From: Perkinsela sp. CCAP 1560/9
Lineage: Eukaryota; Protista; Euglenozoa: Kinetoplastea
DNA length: 64,000 nucleotides
Assembly (NCBI GenBank): GCA_965644495.1
Contig: CBFFSA010000001.1
Coordinates: 558,001 to 622,000, forward strand
Direction: 5' to 3'
The notes beneath the pieces are model-generated. The model was not told the origin of the DNA. It ran no database searches and saw nothing but the letters and a program-made list of their open reading frames with translations. The number at the start of each line of letters is the position of its first letter. Position 1 is the first letter of the stretch. Below, one piece after another: positions 62,290-64,000 of this stretch. Made by a program: the position numbers and the translations under genes.

Positions 62290-64000
62290 TTAACGGCGAG
62301 ACGCCCTGTCTACCTTCCGGTAGTGATCGAGTTTGTACCAGTACTGTGCATGTCCCTTTGTAAGGCGTCGCAGTCGCGCTGAATACTGAGTCAAATTTCG
62401 CATCGCCACAATCGCCTCCACGGTGTCCCCGTTCTCTTGCTCAAGAACGGAAACGGCACCCATCTGTGTGAGATCCTTCATGACGTCCCCGAGGTAGCCA
62501 ATGTCGGCTAAAAGCACTTCTAGAAGCATGTAGGGTTCAACAAGAATCATCTCACGTTTACGTAAGAGCGTAGAGACGAAGCGACCCACGGCGGTCTCGA
62601 TTTCACCGGGTGACACGCTTGCTGTGGTCAGAGGGATCACCCTGGTGAATGTGAGCCGCGCCCCCACCAACTCGACATGGAGTCGCGGGCTATTGGCCAG
62701 AGCGTGCCGCGCCGCACGCGTGAGCGACGGCAGCACCGCCTGCAGCTGCGCCAGCCCTCTCTCCACCGCCTTCGTGGCCTCAAACCGATCCATTTGCCTC
62801 ATCTTCTCCCGCACCATCGCCTCCCGGTCAATCTCAATCTCAATCTCACACGCCCTCGCCTCAATCTCCCCCTCCCTCCCCTCCCTCCTCCTCGGCTCCA
62901 ACCGCGCCCCCAGCTCCACCACCCCCTGCCCCCTCTCCGCCTCCACCACCACCTCCCCCCCCACCTCCACCCCCTCCCCCGGGCTCTCCCGCAGCTCCAC
63001 CCTCGCGGGCAGCGCCCGACACCCCACCCCGAACCCCCGCCGCACCCGCGCCAGCCCCACCTCCACGTGCAGCTCCCCCATCCCCTGCAGCACCACCTCC
63101 CCCGCCGCGGTCTCGTTCACCCGCAGACTCGGGTCCTCGCGGCACAGCACGCGCAGGGCGTGCAGCAGCCGCGGGACCTCCCCGGCGTCCGCGGGCTCCA
63201 CCGCGACCCCCACCACGGGGGCCGGGACCGCGACCCCGGGGAGGGTGAACGGGTCGTGTTGGGCGAACGGGGCCGAGACCCAGGTGTCGCCGGTGTGGGC
63301 GGTGGTGGAGTAGGCGGCCCCGAGGGCGCCGGGGGGGATGGCGCCCACGGGGGTGAGCGCGTCGGCGTGGATGCGGAAGACCCGGGGGAGGGTCTCGGGG
63401 GCGTGCCGTGTGGTGTTGTGGTAGGGGGTGCGGGGGCGGAGGGTGCCGGTGTAGACCCGGAAGAGGGCGAGGAGGGGGGAGGGGGTGCGGGGGGAGGGGG
63501 TCCCGGGGGAGGGGGTCCCGGGGGAGGGGGTCCGGTAAATGACTTTGAAGACGAGGGCGACGGTGGGGGGGGGACGAGAGGGGGGTGGGGGTGTAGGGGG
63601 GAGGGGGGAGAGGGTAAGGGATTTGCCGTGGGAGGTGAGGACGGTGAGGGGGGGTTTGTCGAGGGGACTGGGGAGGTAGTGGACAATGGCGTCGAGGAGG
63701 GGTTGGATACCTTGATCGCGGCGAGCGGCGCCGACGAGGAGGGGGAGGTATTGGGGGAGGGAGGGGTCTTTGGGGAGGTTTTGGCATTGTGCTCGGATGG
63801 CCTTGATAATGGGTTCCACGGGGAAGGAAAGTTTACAATCTTCCTCGGACTGTGAGGAGGTCTCAATGTAGGCGAGAAATTCCTCAAGTAGCGTGGAATC
63901 GCGTTGAAGCAACTCATTCAGCAAAGCGGATCGCCCCGCCTTGGCGCGTTGCTGCACCTCGTCCCCTTCTTTCCAGATCGATTCTTTCTGCATGACAGTG
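62290..64000 (-). CDS. GFM2: Mitochondrial elongation factor G2 / ribosome-releasing factor 2, 5' end beyond the window
   Basis: GIQPLLDAIVHYLPSP, EDPSLRV, GMGELHVEV, LVEPYM; divergent domain IV. G1-G4 GTPase motifs lie outside the window. Confidence 0.75.
   Translation of the reverse strand, partial: TVMQKESIWKEGDEVQQRAKAGRSALLNELLQRDSTLLEEFLAYIETSSQSEEDCKLSFPVEPIIKAIRAQCQNLPKDPSLPQYLPLLVGAARRDQGIQPLLDAIVHYLPSPLDKPPLTVLTSHGKSLTLSPLPPTPPPPSRPPPTVALVFKVIYRTPSPGTPSPGTPSPRTPSPLLALFRVYTGTLRPRTPYHNTTRHAPETLPRVFRIHADALTPVGAIPPGALGAAYSTTAHTGDTWVSAPFAQHDPFTLPGVAVPAPVVGVAVEPADAGEVPRLLHALRVLCREDPSLRVNETAAGEVVLQGMGELHVEVGLARVRRGFGVGCRALPARVELRESPGEGVEVGGEVVVEAERGQGVVELGARLEPRRREGREGEIEARACEIEIEIDREAMVREKMRQMDRFEATKAVERGLAQLQAVLPSLTRAARHALANSPRLHVELVGARLTFTRVIPLTTASVSPGEIETAVGRFVSTLLRKREMILVEPYMLLEVLLADIGYLGDVMKDLTQMGAVSVLEQENGDTVEAIVAMRNLTQYSARLRRLTKGHAQYWYKLDHYRKVDRASRR
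63474..63533. repeat. 15-bp coding tandem repeat (GGGGGAGGGGGTCCC) encoding TPSPG
   Basis: About four copies read directly. Confidence 0.85.

Noticed and set aside
847-63855. Long + strand and alternative-frame ORFs (e.g. 1279-1968, 47350-48726, 49907-50842, 62677-63855)
   Set aside because: Shadows of real minus-strand genes in GC-skewed, stop-poor sequence; low-complexity products with no motifs.
1-64000. tRNA, rRNA, spliced-leader RNA genes, introns, stop-codon reassignment, transposase or reverse transcriptase ORFs
   Set aside because: None seen; conserved proteins translate uninterrupted with the standard code.

Overview
Eukaryotic, intron-free, gene-dense window. About 42 credible protein genes all lie on the minus strand, with short AT-rich spacers and pyrimidine tracts upstream of many starts. 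This is the layout of one kinetoplastid-type polycistronic transcription unit. A glycosomal PFK ending in SKL, a PEX13 ending in a PTS1-like tripeptide, a Tc38-like protein, several PPR proteins and a dispersed family of short LRR proteins suggest a reduced kinetoplastid such as a Perkinsela-like endosymbiont (inference, not a database result). Recognisable genes: PEX13, PSD, PEX6, proteasome alpha2, aspartate aminotransferase, mL38, V-ATPase A, NAP, bL9m, RPN2, PDE12, TYW1, PFK, m-AAA protease, RPL17, DCP1-like, TOP3B, MSP1 and mitochondrial EF-G2 (partial). There are also four short box C/D snoRNA candidates. Most notable observations: (1) about ten GC-rich islands where strand skew flips abruptly from C/A-rich to G/T-rich on the + strand, visible even at synonymous sites of conserved genes (candidate replication origins or another fixed bidirectional process); (2) five LRR paralogs sharing an N-terminal (AD)-x-KVRGxxLPxE motif; (3) a DCP1 homolog in a lineage thought to lack DCP1/DCP2; (4) a PAM2-bearing eIF4E-like protein without the usual cap-binding motif; (5) two proteins built from a split C-x2-H...C-x5-C zinc-finger repeat; (6) an excess of Tc1/mariner-footprint-like TACATGTA motifs plus mini inverted repeats in the spacers. 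All calls were made by eye; no searches were run.
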